Assembly: GCF_963506605.1 (NCBI RefSeq)
Contig: NC_083281.1
Span: forward strand, 13,206,001-13,270,000
From: Zootoca vivipara
Taxonomy: Eukaryota
Length of the DNA stretch: 64,000 nucleotides
Direction: 5' to 3'
Position numbers and translations under genes: made by a program. Within the stretch, counting starts at the first letter, position 1. Every line of letters begins with the position of its first letter. Under the pieces are notes generated by a model. That model saw only the letters and a program-made list of their open reading frames with translations, was not told where the DNA came from and did no database searches. Shown piece by piece: positions 25,781-38,718 of this stretch.

Positions 25781-27799
25781 GACCTGAATCATCTAAATCA
25801 GTGATTCCCAATTAACTAATTACTGAGGACCCCCTATTTTTCAAAAGCCAAGCCACAGACCCTCTACGTTTGAAAATACTACTATGGTAGTTACTTCTGC
25901 AAAGCAATGTGGGGTAGCCCCCTAATAAGCAAAGGATTTTAGGTTGGTACTAAAAAACAGACTAGGGCTGAGCAATATCTGGATTTCAACATTGTGATGT
26001 ATCAGTAGCTAAACATCACGATGTTCCGATATATCACAGTGTCTGAAGTTAGAGGTCAGGCTTGGGGCTGAGGGAAGCAGCACCAGGGAGATCAGGCGGG
26101 GGGGGGAGGGAGCGGAGTCACCTCCAGGGTTTGGGAGGGGATGGGGGGGACATCACGCCACCTTCAGTGGGGCAGCCAGCAAAGATGCTCGTCCTCTGTG
26201 GCTGCTGGTGGTTTGCTGCTAAGAAAAACTGCCTCCGGCCAGGGGAATGTAGTGCCATGGCGAATGACAAACAGTTAGTTGGGGGGGAGGCAAGGGATGG
26301 GGTAATGGACCCCCCCCCCAGGTGTGTTCTGCAGATCCCCAGGGGTCCCCGGACCCTTAATGGGGAACCACTGATCTAAATCATCCTCTCCTAAGCCCCC
26401 TCCCCCCCAGCATCATTGGGCTACCTGCAGTCCCAGCTGGCATAAGTCATACGATGGTGAGACAGGCAGACAGTGGGAGGCTGTACAGTGTTACTTCGGT
26501 TCTCAAACTTAATCCGTTCCGGAAGTCTGTTCCAAAACCAAACCGTTCCAAAACCAAGGCGTGCCTTCCCTTAGAAAAAAGGAATGCAAAACAGATTAAT
26601 CTGTTCCACTTTTAAAAACAACTCCTAAAGCAGAAATCTAACATGATTTCTCTCTCTCTAACGAGACCATTGATCCATAAAATGAAAGCAATAATCAATG
26701 TACTGTACTATAAAATAAAAAAAGACAGTATGGTAGATGATGAAAATAAAATTTATTTTTTTTCCCTTACTTGCTCTGATGTTTGGAGGGGGGACTTTTC
26801 TCCATTTCCACAGTTCACACAATCAATCAATCAGCTGAACTGGGTTCCACACAGTCACAAAAGCAAATGAACCGAAAAAGCCTCAAAAACCAAAATAAAT
26901 AGCAAAACCAAAAGTGCCAAATACAGTGGTACCTTGGCTCTCAAATTTAATCCATTCCGGAAGTCCGTTTGACTTCGGAAACGTTCAAAAACCAAGGTGC
27001 GGCTTCTGATTGTTGCAGGTGCCTCGGAAACAATAGCCAACAGCCGCATTGGACATTCGGCTTTTAAAAAACATTCAAAAACCCGAACACTCACTTCTGG
27101 GTTTTGGGGACCAAGGGGTTTGAGAACCAAGGTACCACTGTAGTCCAAAAAATCCTGGAGGGCACCAGTTTGAAGAAGGCTAGTCTGAAAAATAGGACTC
27201 TATGACAGATTAGAAACAGGTTTTTTTGAAACATTCTGTGGCGGATCCTTCAATGCCGAGAGATGGTGAGAGGGGCAGAAATATTTTATTTTGTGTTTGT
27301 CAACATGGCTTCTGTTCTGCCCCCTCTCCCCCTTGCTTGGGATGTTCAGGAGTGGGCAGTTTCTTTCCCTCTCCTCCTTTCAGGGCTCTCAGGCTGGACA
27401 GGAAGCTTTGGCAACACCCAGAGGATCACAAGCGGGGAAAAGCATGTGACGTAAAGGCAAGTTAAGAAACGAAACTGAACTGTTGCTTGCCTAGGATCCA
27501 GGAAACGTCCTGCCAGCCAGCCTGCCTGGAAAAGCCCTTTTACCCACAAAATGTGCATGTGGCGGTTGGGTGACACCTCCAGAGTGAAAGGGGCATTCTG
27601 CAAGTGCTCAGAGGCACTGCTGTTGCTGTACATAGTTCAGGGCTTGGCTGGCAGAGTCTGAGAGCCCTTCTGTTCTCATTGAGCCCAGTTGCTTTCATGG
27701 AATAAATGGAAAGTGTCACTGTTAAGAAAGCCTGGTATAATGCAGCTGCCAGAGAAAACTCAGGTCCTCACCTTGAGCGGAGGCAGGAATTTTAGTCCC

Positions 27800-28090
27800 T
27801 CAAGACACAAGCTGCATTCATGTCAGCTACCTTCACCACCTACCAACCCAGGAGTTCGAAAGCATGCCAGTGCAAGTAGATAGATAGGTACCGCTCTGGC
27901 GGGAAGGTAAACGGCGTTTCCGTGCACTGCTCTGGTGTCAGCGGCTTAGTTATGCTGGCCACATGACCCGGAAAAACTGTCTGCGGAGCGGACAAATGCC
28001 AGCTCCCTTGGCCTGTAAAACGAGATGAGCACCACAACCCCAGAGTCATTCGTGACTGGATTTAACTGTCAGGGGTCCCTTTACCTTGAC
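27800..28090 (+). mobile_element. Sauria SINE
   Basis: gtgcaagtagatagataggtaccgctctggcgggaaggtaaacggcgtttccg...ggccacatgacccgga...cctttacctt body and tail. Confidence 0.85.
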
Positions 28091-28419
28091 CTTCAATTTA
28101 ATGCCCCTTCGGTGGGTGAAAGGAGCAGAATGCTAGAAGCAGCCTCTTGCGAGGGCATTTATAGCGTAGAAATTCACCTGTGCTGGGGTGCGGCACATGC
28201 AAGAGCCAGGAGGAAAGTTATCCACCAATAGGAGTTCTCAGCAATTCAGTTGCTCACCTCTCCTTCCTCCTTAAAATCTAAGCACCATAGCAGCATACAG
28301 TGTGCAGAGGAGGGCAGCCAAGATGATCAAGGGTCTGTAAACCAACCCTGATGAGGAACGGTTGCAGGATCTGGGTATGTGTAGCAATGGAAAAGGGGAA
28401 ATTGAGAGGAGATATGGTA

Positions 28420-29102
28420 ACCAGAAGCTTTCTTATTGGGTATAGTGGGTAAAGAGATACTGAGACAAGATAAAAAAAAGTTCTTATATGCAACAACTGC
28501 AGCAAGAACTTTGTTAGCCCAAAGAGGGAAACAATAGGAGTTACCAACATAAAAAGAGTGGCAGATGAAAATGATGGACTTTGCAGAACTGGCGAAACTG
28601 ACGGGAAGAATCCGGAACCAGTGAGACCAAGCATTCCAAAAGGACTGGAACAAATTTATATTATATTTGAAAGACAACTGTAAGCAATTACCATCACTAG
28701 CAGGGTTATCAGAAGATTTGTAAGTTGAAATTACTACCTATTCAGGTTGAGTAATATAATATCTTAGGCAGGCACCCCCAAACTGTGGCCCTCCAGATGT
28801 TTTGGCCTACAACTCCCATGATCCCTAGCTAACAGGACCAGTGGTCGGGGAAGATGGGAATTGTAGTCCAAAACATCTGGAGGGCCAAAGTTTGGGGATG
28901 CCTGATCTTAGGTAATGATATAACAAGAATAGGAAAGGAAGTGAAATGCAAAGATGTAGAATTTAAGTTTGTATATCACTAGATTGGGGGTGGGGGGGAG
29001 TCGATAGGCTCAGCTGGGCCAGAGAGTTATAATAAGAAGATATGATGTTACATAATGTGATTATATGTAAAACTAATAAAAATTATTATAAAAAAAGAAA
29101 AA
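28420..29102 (+). mobile_element. 5'-truncated L1-like LINE inserted in an older CR1 (about 28300-29280)
   Basis: Perfect 16-bp TSD gagaggagatatggta (28404-28419 and 29103-29118), AATAAA plus A tail, and decayed ORF2 C-terminus (EAFLLG...YATTAARTLLAQ...EWQMKMMDFAELAKLT). Confidence 0.85.
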
Positions 29103-29629
29103 GAGAGGAGATATGGTAGCCATCTTAAAATATCTAGAAGGCTACCCCATGGAAGAGGGAACAAGCTTGTTTTCTGCTGCTCTGGAGGGCAGGACCCAAA
29201 CCAATTGATTCAAATTGCAGGAAAGGAGATTCCCACTAAACATTAGGAAGAACGTTCTGACAGTAATACCTGTTTAACAGTACTTTAAAACATAGGCAAG
29301 TTGAAATGCTAAAACAGATTAAATTTGCTTCAAGTTTTTAAGCATCTGGACAGGCTTGTCCAAGCAAGAATGGTTTTCGCAGGTGCCAAAAGAAATGTAG
29401 CGAGCACAGCTGCTTGATCTTAATAGGCAGGCCGCAGAGAGTTCCAAAGTGCAGGTGCTGCCACACTAAATGATCTTAGAAATCCGGTGGCATCTGTAGT
29501 TGTGCCAGTTCTGCCAAGTGGTCAAATGTGGGGTCAGGCAATCTTGCAAGGAGACAGTAGAAAGGGCTCGCTTGAAAGGCGGTGGACTCATCTTCCGGGG
29601 GCCGGGCATCTGTCAGGGATGCTTCAGCT

Positions 29630-30424
29630 TTACTGGGCCAAAGCAAACAAGATGAATTTTAACAAGGAGAAATGTAAAGTACTACACTTGGGCAAAAAAT
29701 ATGAAAGGCACAAATACAGGATGGGAGACACCTGGCTTGAGAGCAGTACATGTGAAAAGGATCTAGGAGTCTTGGTAGACCACAAACTTAACATGAGTCA
29801 ACAGTGTGATGCAGCAGCTAAAAAAGCCAATGCAATTCTGGGCTGCATCAATAGGAGTATAGCATCTAGATCTAGGGAAGTAATAGTACCACTGTATTCT
29901 ACTCTGGTCAGACCTCACCTGGAGTACTGTGTCCAGTTCTGGGCACCACAGTTCAAGAAGGATACTGACAAGCTGGAACGTGTCCAGAGGAGGGCAACCA
30001 AAATGGTCAAAGGCCTGGAAACAATGCCTTATGAGGAATGGCTTAGGGAGCTGGGTATGTTTAGCCTGGAGAAGAGAAGGTTAAGGGGTGATATGATAGC
30101 CATGTTCAAATATATTAAAGGATGCCATATAGAGGAGGGTGAAAGGTTGCTTTCTGCTGCTCCAGAGAAGCGGACACGGAGCAATGGATTCAAACTACAA
30201 GAAAGAAGATTCCACCTAAACATTAGGAAGAACTTCCTGACAGTAAGAGCTGTTCGGAAGTGGAATTTGCTGCCAAGAAGTGTGGTGGAGTCTCCTTCTT
30301 TGGAGGTCTTTAAGCAGAGGCTTGACAGCCATATGTCAATAATGCTTTGATGGTGTTTCCTGCTTGGCAGGGGGTTGGACTGGATGGCCCTTGTGGTCTC
30401 TTCCAACTCTATGATTCTATGATT
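29630..30424 (+). mobile_element. Young CR1 LINE, 5'-truncated
   Basis: Open ORF2 C-terminus ([14 protein letters not shown]...[13 protein letters not shown]...[10 protein letters not shown]) and (ATTCTATG)n tail. Near-identical copy at 44960-45349. Confidence 0.92.
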
Positions 30425-31059
30425 CAGCTGTGATTCCTGCATTGCAGGAGGTTGGACTAGATGCCCCTTGGAGACCCCTTCCAACTCTACAGTTCTATAA
30501 TCCCTCCAGCCCTCAAACAGCTGGCTCTCAGGACTTCGAGCAACTGCCGATTCCAGGCCTTTGGGATTGGGGCCAAGTTTGCAAACACAGCCCCCATTTC
30601 TTTCCTCAGGTGTTTCCTCCCCCTCCAGTCTTAAGACTGTCCCACAGAAAAAACAATAGAGTTAATAAGAAATCAATCAACAAAGTTAAAAAAGAATGGG
30701 AATGTTTTAATAATTACTTAACAAAACAAGGTTCCAATAATAAGACTTGGCTGAGTCTTGAATAATTTCACAGGTAGTGAAATATTTTCCTCTTCGTTCC
30801 AATATGAGGATAAACAATTAAATACAGGGCAAAAAATAGGAATACAGTACTCGAACCTAAAATGTAATGAGGTAGAAGGAAGTCAACAACATAATAAATT
30901 GAAAAGGGATTCAATCCAAATCGAAGGTTATAATGTACAAAAAAACACTATTATTCGTTTGAATTATATGAAGTATTACTTTACAAGAGATAGGTATTTT
31001 CATTGTCTAAGTTGTCATTTTGAATTTTTTTCTTAGATACCGTATTTATTGTATTGTAT

Positions 31060-31300
31060 GCTCGCCTTCCTCCCAGCACCGAGAAGGGCGGCGCGTCAGC
31101 AGCCTCGCCTAGCCAATCCCCCTCCGCGTTTTTCAAGGCGGCGGCTGGATTGGCTGATCCGACCGATTCGCACGGGCGCTGGGGATTGGCCGCCCAAGAG
31201 CAGGCTGCGGAAGGCGGCACAGTCAAGCGACGGACTTCGGCGCGCGTGCGTGAGGGAGGAGAAGCGAGAGACCGGCCCGTCTTTTCCTCGTTCTCAGACT
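31060..31300 (+). promoter_or_regulatory. Small CpG island / putative promoter and 5' leader of the CDC7 copy
   Basis: Abrupt AT-to-GC transition at about 31060. CCAAT 31113-31117, ATTGG 31149-31153 and 31185-31189 (36-bp spacing), and GGCGCG E2F-like cores. Confidence 0.65.
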
Positions 31301-31302
31301 GA

Positions 31303-32907
<1,605 letters not shown>

Positions 32908-34388
32908 AAAGATGCTCGGCTCTGTACCACCAGAAGCATTGGAAGTCACAGTTTCCTTATCTTTTAACGAAATCAAAATCCTTAGAGGGACATTGTTTCC
33001 TCTAAATTGCTTCATAGCTACATCCAACTTGAGGAAACAAAACAAACAAAAACCTTGTCAGCTATTAAACATACTGAAGTCCAAATCAAAGGCAGACTGG
33101 AACAAATGTTTCCCCATGCTCTTACACCATACATTTCTAAATGATTTTAATTTTGTCGTGTCGCTGATGGTGCAATCTGCAGATGCACTGAACCTCCATG
33201 AACCAGCTTGCAACCCACAGTGGTCCCAGTCTGGCCTTGGAACGATACCTGCATGGGCTTCCTTTGGGCTGCCTTGTTCTTGACTTCTAGGAGCACCGCT
33301 TCTTCTTAATCAGCTCCTAATACCTGTACAAATGTGCCTTTACTACGGTATGTGAAGGGTGCTAATGTGAGACTGTGATAGAGAAAAGATTCCCGCTGTA
33401 CTTCTAGCCTCGCAGACCGATAAGTATACTTGAAAACTTGTCCTAGTCATCAAAACACTTTGGAGGAAGAAACAGACAATTCTGAAGTTTTGAGAGCCCA
33501 CAACAGTAGTTTCTAAGGGCTTCGGACTGCAGCTTTTGAATGCATGCATTTTAGGTGGAACGAGAAGCAGCTGTAAACATGGTTACTCTAGTGCAGGCAT
33601 TCCCAAACTGCGGCCCTCCAGATGTTTTGGCCTACAACTCCCGTGATCCCTAGCTAACAGGACCAGTGGTCAGGGAAGATGGGAATTGTAGTCCAAAACA
33701 TCTGGAGGGCTGAAGTTTGGGGATGCCTGCTCTAGTGTGTCCTAGCCAACTTAAAAGACCCACGTTTCCCTTCTTTCCAGGAGCTGGCAGGTGGGGAGTG
33801 ATGCCCCTGCAGATGCGGCCTCCCAGCCTCAGCCTTTCTGTCGCTTACTGGAACATTTCGGGCAGAATGGTGGTCAGGACAGGGCAGTGCCAGCACCCCG
33901 GTGGAGCCAACCTGCCACTCCTGCTGGTGCAGCCATGCCACTCTGTGCTTGCTGCTCCCTTGCCTCACCCACATCAGCATTACTGATGCCAGCTGGCCAG
34001 ATCCGCAGTGTTGCCCCTCCCTGCCAGCCGTTCCTGTTCCCTATCCATGTCACTATCAAGACTGAACAATTTTCATATAATTAAATGGCCATTCAGCCTA
34101 ATAAGGCTTAGTGCTTGCCGTAAAGATTTGCCCACCCCGCCCCCCGAATTTTTGGAGTTTAAGGAAAATATGGATTGTGTTCTTGTACTCTTTGAAAACT
34201 TCCACCTTTCCTCCCTGCTCTGCTAGCATTTGAGATGGGTACCAGTTGCTCCGCACTGTGTGCCATAATATCTACATATGCAAGACCTGTGTATTTGTCT
34301 GCTTGTCAAGCACTAGCTTACGTTATTTTGTATATGTACGATTGTCGGAACAATTTGATTTTCCTAGAATGACCAAAAGTAAACTTAT

Positions 34389-34571
34389 TCCTTCAGTAGC
34401 ACCTTAAAGACCAACTAAGTTTTTATTTTGGTGTGAGCTTTTGTGAGCTTCAGGTATCTGAAGAAGTGTGCATGCACATGAAAGCTCATACCAAAAGTTG
34501 GTCTTTAAGGTGCTACTGAAGGAATTTTTTTATTTTGCTTCGACTCAGACCAACACGGCTACCTACCTGTA
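34389..34571 (+). mobile_element. Short Penelope-like element (inverted plus direct pseudo-LTR) containing a minimal hammerhead ribozyme motif
   Basis: Perfect 17-bp TSD accaaaagtaaacttat (34372-34388 and 34572-34588). Inverted arms tccttcagtagcaccttaaagaccaact / agttggtctttaaggtgctactgaagga. Confidence 0.8.
34453..34492 (+). ncRNA. Minimal type I hammerhead ribozyme motif (Penelope-type)
   Basis: GGUAU-CUGAAGA-A-GUGUG-CAUG-CACAU-GAAA-GC-UC-AUACC: stem I GGUAU/AUACC, core CUGANGA and GAAA, stem II hairpin, and palindromic AGCU in place of stem III. Confidence 0.75.
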
Positions 34572-34577
34572 ACCAAA

Positions 34578-34617
34578 AGTAAACTTATATTTCATACACT
34601 AAAAAAAAGAAAAAAAA
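34578..34617 (+). terminator. Variant poly(A) signal AGTAAA and remnant genomic poly(A) tail of the CDC7 retrocopy
   Basis: AGTAAA 34578-34583 is followed 17 nt later by A8-G-A8 (34601-34617), then the candidate TSD tattgtatcgtat (34620-34632), which matches tattgtattgtat (31047-31059). Confidence 0.7.
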
Positions 34618-34709
34618 GATATTGTATCGTATAACTACATGAGTATATAAATCTTAGATTTGTAAATAATTTCATTATATATAAGTCAAGATCTATATCA
34701 GTCTAAGAA

Positions 34710-34797
34710 TATCTGAAGAAGTGTGCATGCACACGAAAGCTCATACCTATGACAAACTTAGTTGGTCTCTAAGGTGCTACTGGAATGATTTTTTTTA
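34710..34797 (+). ncRNA. Second Penelope-like fragment with a minimal hammerhead motif (34710-34747)
   Basis: UAU-CUGAAGA-A-GUGUG-CAUG-CACAC-GAAA-GCUC-AUA has an intact core and perfect stem II but only a 3-bp stem I. Flanked by the repeat aagaata (34705-34711 and 34798-34804). Confidence 0.7.
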
Positions 34798-37770
34798 AAG
34801 AATAATCATTGTAAGATTGCTTATTTTTTATGTATGCCTTTTTCTGTTTGTTTGCTTTTATGTATGTTTTTGCTAATGAAAAAACAAATTAAAAAAAAGA
34901 CGGCCCCACAGAAAGAGAGCTCTGTTCCTGCCCCACAGCCTGTGGGGTTTCTGAAAGATGAAGCCTCCCACCCCCAGCTCTGAATCCAATCTGCTGGAAA
35001 TGGCAGGAGGGGAGTCGCCACTGCACTTGGGTCCTGCTTCTCCACTTCCCGTCATGGGTCTATGGTCGGCCACTGGGATGCTGGACTTTGGCCTGACCCA
35101 ACACTCCCAGGTTCCTATGCTGACTGGATCTGGGTTGGTGAAGGAGGGCAGAGGGCAAAGGTGCAGGGCAAGGTTCCGGAGGTGCTCAGTTTCAGCTCTG
35201 AGCCACATGCCAGCAGGAGGCCAGGCTCCCCCCCCACCCCCCACTGCCTTTCTTGGCTGGAGGAGATTTTTGGGGAGTAGAAAGGGAGCTGCTCTACAGA
35301 AAACCTTTTGCCACCCAGCCTCCCAAGGTCTCACTCAAGGACTCCAGGAAAGAGAGCCACAACAAGATTACTGGGGGAGGGGGAACAATTTATTTGCAGA
35401 CAAAAACAGGAACTTTACAAAAAAGTTACTTGCATAGACTATGGCTCTGGTGCCAGAACCTCTTTCGTTGCTAAAACATGCCAGGGACCAGGAGGGTGAA
35501 TGACGTCGAGTCTGGAGCGAGAAGAGATGTAGGGAGACTGAATGTAGAATGTCTCTCTCTTCCTGGCACATTCAGGGCACGAATTTAGGCACAAGGATAA
35601 GTCAGAGGTGCCATGTATTGTACATATTGCACTTAAGAGGATTTCATATCACATTTTCCAAGGAACTAGCTGTATAAAGTCTTCTGGCACCATAGAAGTG
35701 AATGTATTTTAAAGCACTTTTGGCCCTCCAGATGTTGTTAAACTACCTCTCCCATCAACCCTAGCAAGCACAGTCAATGACTAGGGATTATGGGAGTTGT
35801 AGTCCTGCAATATCTAGAGCAGGCTTCTTCAACCTCAGCCCTCCAGATGTTTTTTGCCTACAACTCCCTAGCTAGCAGGAGCAGTGGTCAGGGATGATAC
35901 AAATTGTAATCTCAAAACATCTGGAGGGCCGAGGTTGCGGAAGCCTGCTCTAGGGGGCCTACAGCTGATGCCAGAATGTGTTTGTCCTTAAGGTGGCATA
36001 TGAAGGAAAGCCAGGCTGTTCCTCGTATTCACAGCTGGGGATGGAAGGAGAGGCATCTCACCCTGGAAGTTGCCCAGGAGCACACACCCCAGTCCTTTGC
36101 CTTCCCCTTTAACATATCAGGCAATAATTTACTACATTTATAAATAACTTATTACAGACATCAGCACTGACCTGAGAGCTTAACTTTTTTGGTTAGGTTT
36201 TAAAGAAGGAATGCAATATTGTGATATCTGCACCGCAGCGGGGTTGGGCTAGATGATCCATGGGGTCCCTTTCCAACCCAACAATTCTGCGATTCTATCA
36301 AAGCAACACAGCTTGTCTTCTTCAAGTATTTATCGAAGGTGGGTAATTCAGAAGTCTAGAAGGGACACTTGCAGCCTGATATTGCCAGTTCACTGTGGGG
36401 CTCCCAATCCATGACAGATTTTAATTTGCATCATGCTCACTGGAACAGGACTAGCGAGCCAAATCAGCCCACTCCAGGGCACCAAGTCAGAGGCTGGGCA
36501 AATGGTCCAAATGTCTGCCAAGGCAGGAATGAAGCTCAATAAGTTTCTTTCTGGGGTAGCCAGAGAAATGCAGAGATTAACAGATCATGGGTGCTCCCCA
36601 AATTCAAGATCCCAGGAAGAATGGCTCTTGGCACATCAGCAGTACATTTCCAGGGCAGACGACCACAATGCGCATGTGTTTGGGGAACCACAAAGCAGGT
36701 CTAGCCAAGCGTCAGAAGGCGGCGGTGGCAGCAGCAGCCCCATTGCTGGGATGCAGCCCCAGTTTGAAGAGGTAGTCAAGATGCAATTCCAGGGCTGCTT
36801 CAGCCAACTGGCCACATGCAGCTTGGAAGAGGTAGCAAAGGAGTCGTCCCCCCCCTGAATTGAGCCGGCAAGAGGCAAGGCTGGCAAAATATACCCACCA
36901 GGGGTGGCAGCAGCAACTTTGCTTCAAGGAAAATGGGCTTGAGTACAGAAAGAGAGTTGGACTCCAACTCCCATCAGCCACAGCTAATGGTCAGGGAATG
37001 ATGGGAGTTGGAGTCCAACAACGTCAGGAGGGCCCGAGGTTCCCAATCCCTGAACTAGGGAGAAGCCACCCCACCCCACCTGAGACAATGCTTGCCCTGC
37101 TCCCAAACCCCTCCCTCCCTGGCTACTGAGAGTCTACCTGTCAGAGCTCTGACAGTGTGGGGTGGAGACAAGAGGCCAGGGCATTGACCCAGGAGAGGGG
37201 GCTGGTGATTTATGGGGTTTGGCGGTGCCCATGAGGCAGGAGCCAGAGCAGAATAAGAGGAAGGGTCAGAGACGGAGATGGGCGGGCAGGACGTGTCAGA
37301 GGAAGAGGCTGTTAAGGTGAAGGACGGGCCCATCAAATCCCCACCATCTCCTTCCCCCGTGGTCTCCTAGAACCAGGAGGGGCTTGAAGAGCAAGAATGC
37401 TTTCCATGGAGGAGAAGCTTCCAGTTGTGCCCACAGTTGCTGCTACCACCTCGCAGGGCTCAGACCTGGCGAGTTGCTGAAAGGGCACACTTTTGTCCAT
37501 AAAGAGTTAACTCTCAGGCCTGGGCCCTCTTTGGCTGGGGCAACGACAAACGTTTCCGCTACTCTAATAGACAGGATTTATTGCACTTGCAGCAAATGAG
37601 AGTTTAGTCACTTGTTTGCACCCTTTCAAGTAGAATGGAAAATGTCATATTGCAAGGTTAAAAAAGCTAGTTGATTTAGTCCTGCAAAACCCACGGAAGT
37701 TGTGACCAATTGACCCATAAATTTAATGATGGCAGAACCTTGAAATCCGTGGGACCCGGAGTGGAGCCTT

Positions 37771-38718
37771 TCAGGAGAGGAGGAGGAGCTCCTGGTCGTA
37801 ATGGTCGAGGCTCCCCATCCTGCTGCTCGCATCCTGACCGGGAAGAGGCGGTGCTTCAGCCTGGGGGGCGTCCTCAGCGGCAGCCTGGCCTGCCATGCCG
37901 ATAACCGTGGGCTGCCCATTGCTCGGCGAATCCCACAGGATGCTCTCAAACTCTGACATGTCAATGTCCGCGAAGAAATCCTCTGCAGGGATGTTGCTCA
38001 CATAGCTGGAGGCCAAGATCTCGAAGCTGCCAGGCAAGGGATCGCGGGGCTGCTCCTCGTGGCAGGGGGCACCCCAGGCCCCAGCCTCCTGCACTGGGCT
38101 GGCAGCTGCACTTTCAGAGGGCCAGGCGGAATCGGTTCTGGGGCCAGCCAGAGACAGGCAGGCGTCATTGCCAACCTCCTGTTGCTGCAGACTTTCCCAA
38201 AAATACAGGACTTCACTAGCAGTGCAGAGGAAGGAATCCAGGAGTGGGTCAGCAAGGCTGTCTTCACTGGTCACCTGTCCTGCATCTTGACAGGGGCTGG
38301 AGAAGGCAGGTGGTGCCCACATGCTGATGCCCACATCAGCTGCTCTTGCCTGAGCATTGCCCACGGCACTCAGAGGCTCATCTGTTGGCTGCATTGGCAG
38401 AAACGCTGTGCCTTCGCTCTCTGCTGGGGGACCCTGGCTTGTCTCTTGCCACGGTGGGGCACCCTGGGGTGCTGCCAGCCCGAGGCCCGTTTCCTGGCTC
38501 CCTCGTCTGGGGTCTTGGAGGTGCAGGATGGTGTTCTTGAGGAGGACGCTCTTGTGCAAGTCTCGCACGTAGGGCTTGATCACCGTGGCGTATTTCCCCT
38601 GTGCCGCGCGCAGGAAAGAGCAGCGCTTGTGGTCTGGGATGTGGCAGCAGCGGCGCTGCCTCCTGGCAGAAGCCCCGTCCTGCTCGAGGTGCTGGCATCT
38701 CAAGCTGCTGGGAGCCAT
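37771..38718 (-). CDS. SERTAD3: Divergent SERTA-family protein at the SERTAD3 position, single coding exon, 315 aa
   Basis: Degenerate SERTA motif RCSFLRAAQGKY...RDLHKSVLLKNTILHLQ and family C-terminal motif GSFEILASSYVSNIPAEDFFADIDMSEFE. Acceptor ctctctccag lies 7 nt before the ATG (exon starts 38725). Located between SERTAD1 and BLVRB. Confidence 0.75.
   Translation of the reverse strand: MAPSSLRCQHLEQDGASARRQRRCCHIPDHKRCSFLRAAQGKYATVIKPYVRDLHKSVLLKNTILHLQDPRRGSQETGLGLAAPQGAPPWQETSQGPPAESEGTAFLPMQPTDEPLSAVGNAQARAADVGISMWAPPAFSSPCQDAGQVTSEDSLADPLLDSFLCTASEVLYFWESLQQQEVGNDACLSLAGPRTDSAWPSESAAASPVQEAGAWGAPCHEEQPRDPLPGSFEILASSYVSNIPAEDFFADIDMSEFESILWDSPSNGQPTVIGMAGQAAAEDAPQAEAPPLPGQDASSRMGSLDHYDQELLLLS

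Noticed and set aside
29487-30350. 287-aa ORF as a host gene
   Set aside because: It is the CR1 ORF2 C-terminus in a 5'-truncated copy with no RT core. The upstream part is chance read-through into flanking DNA.
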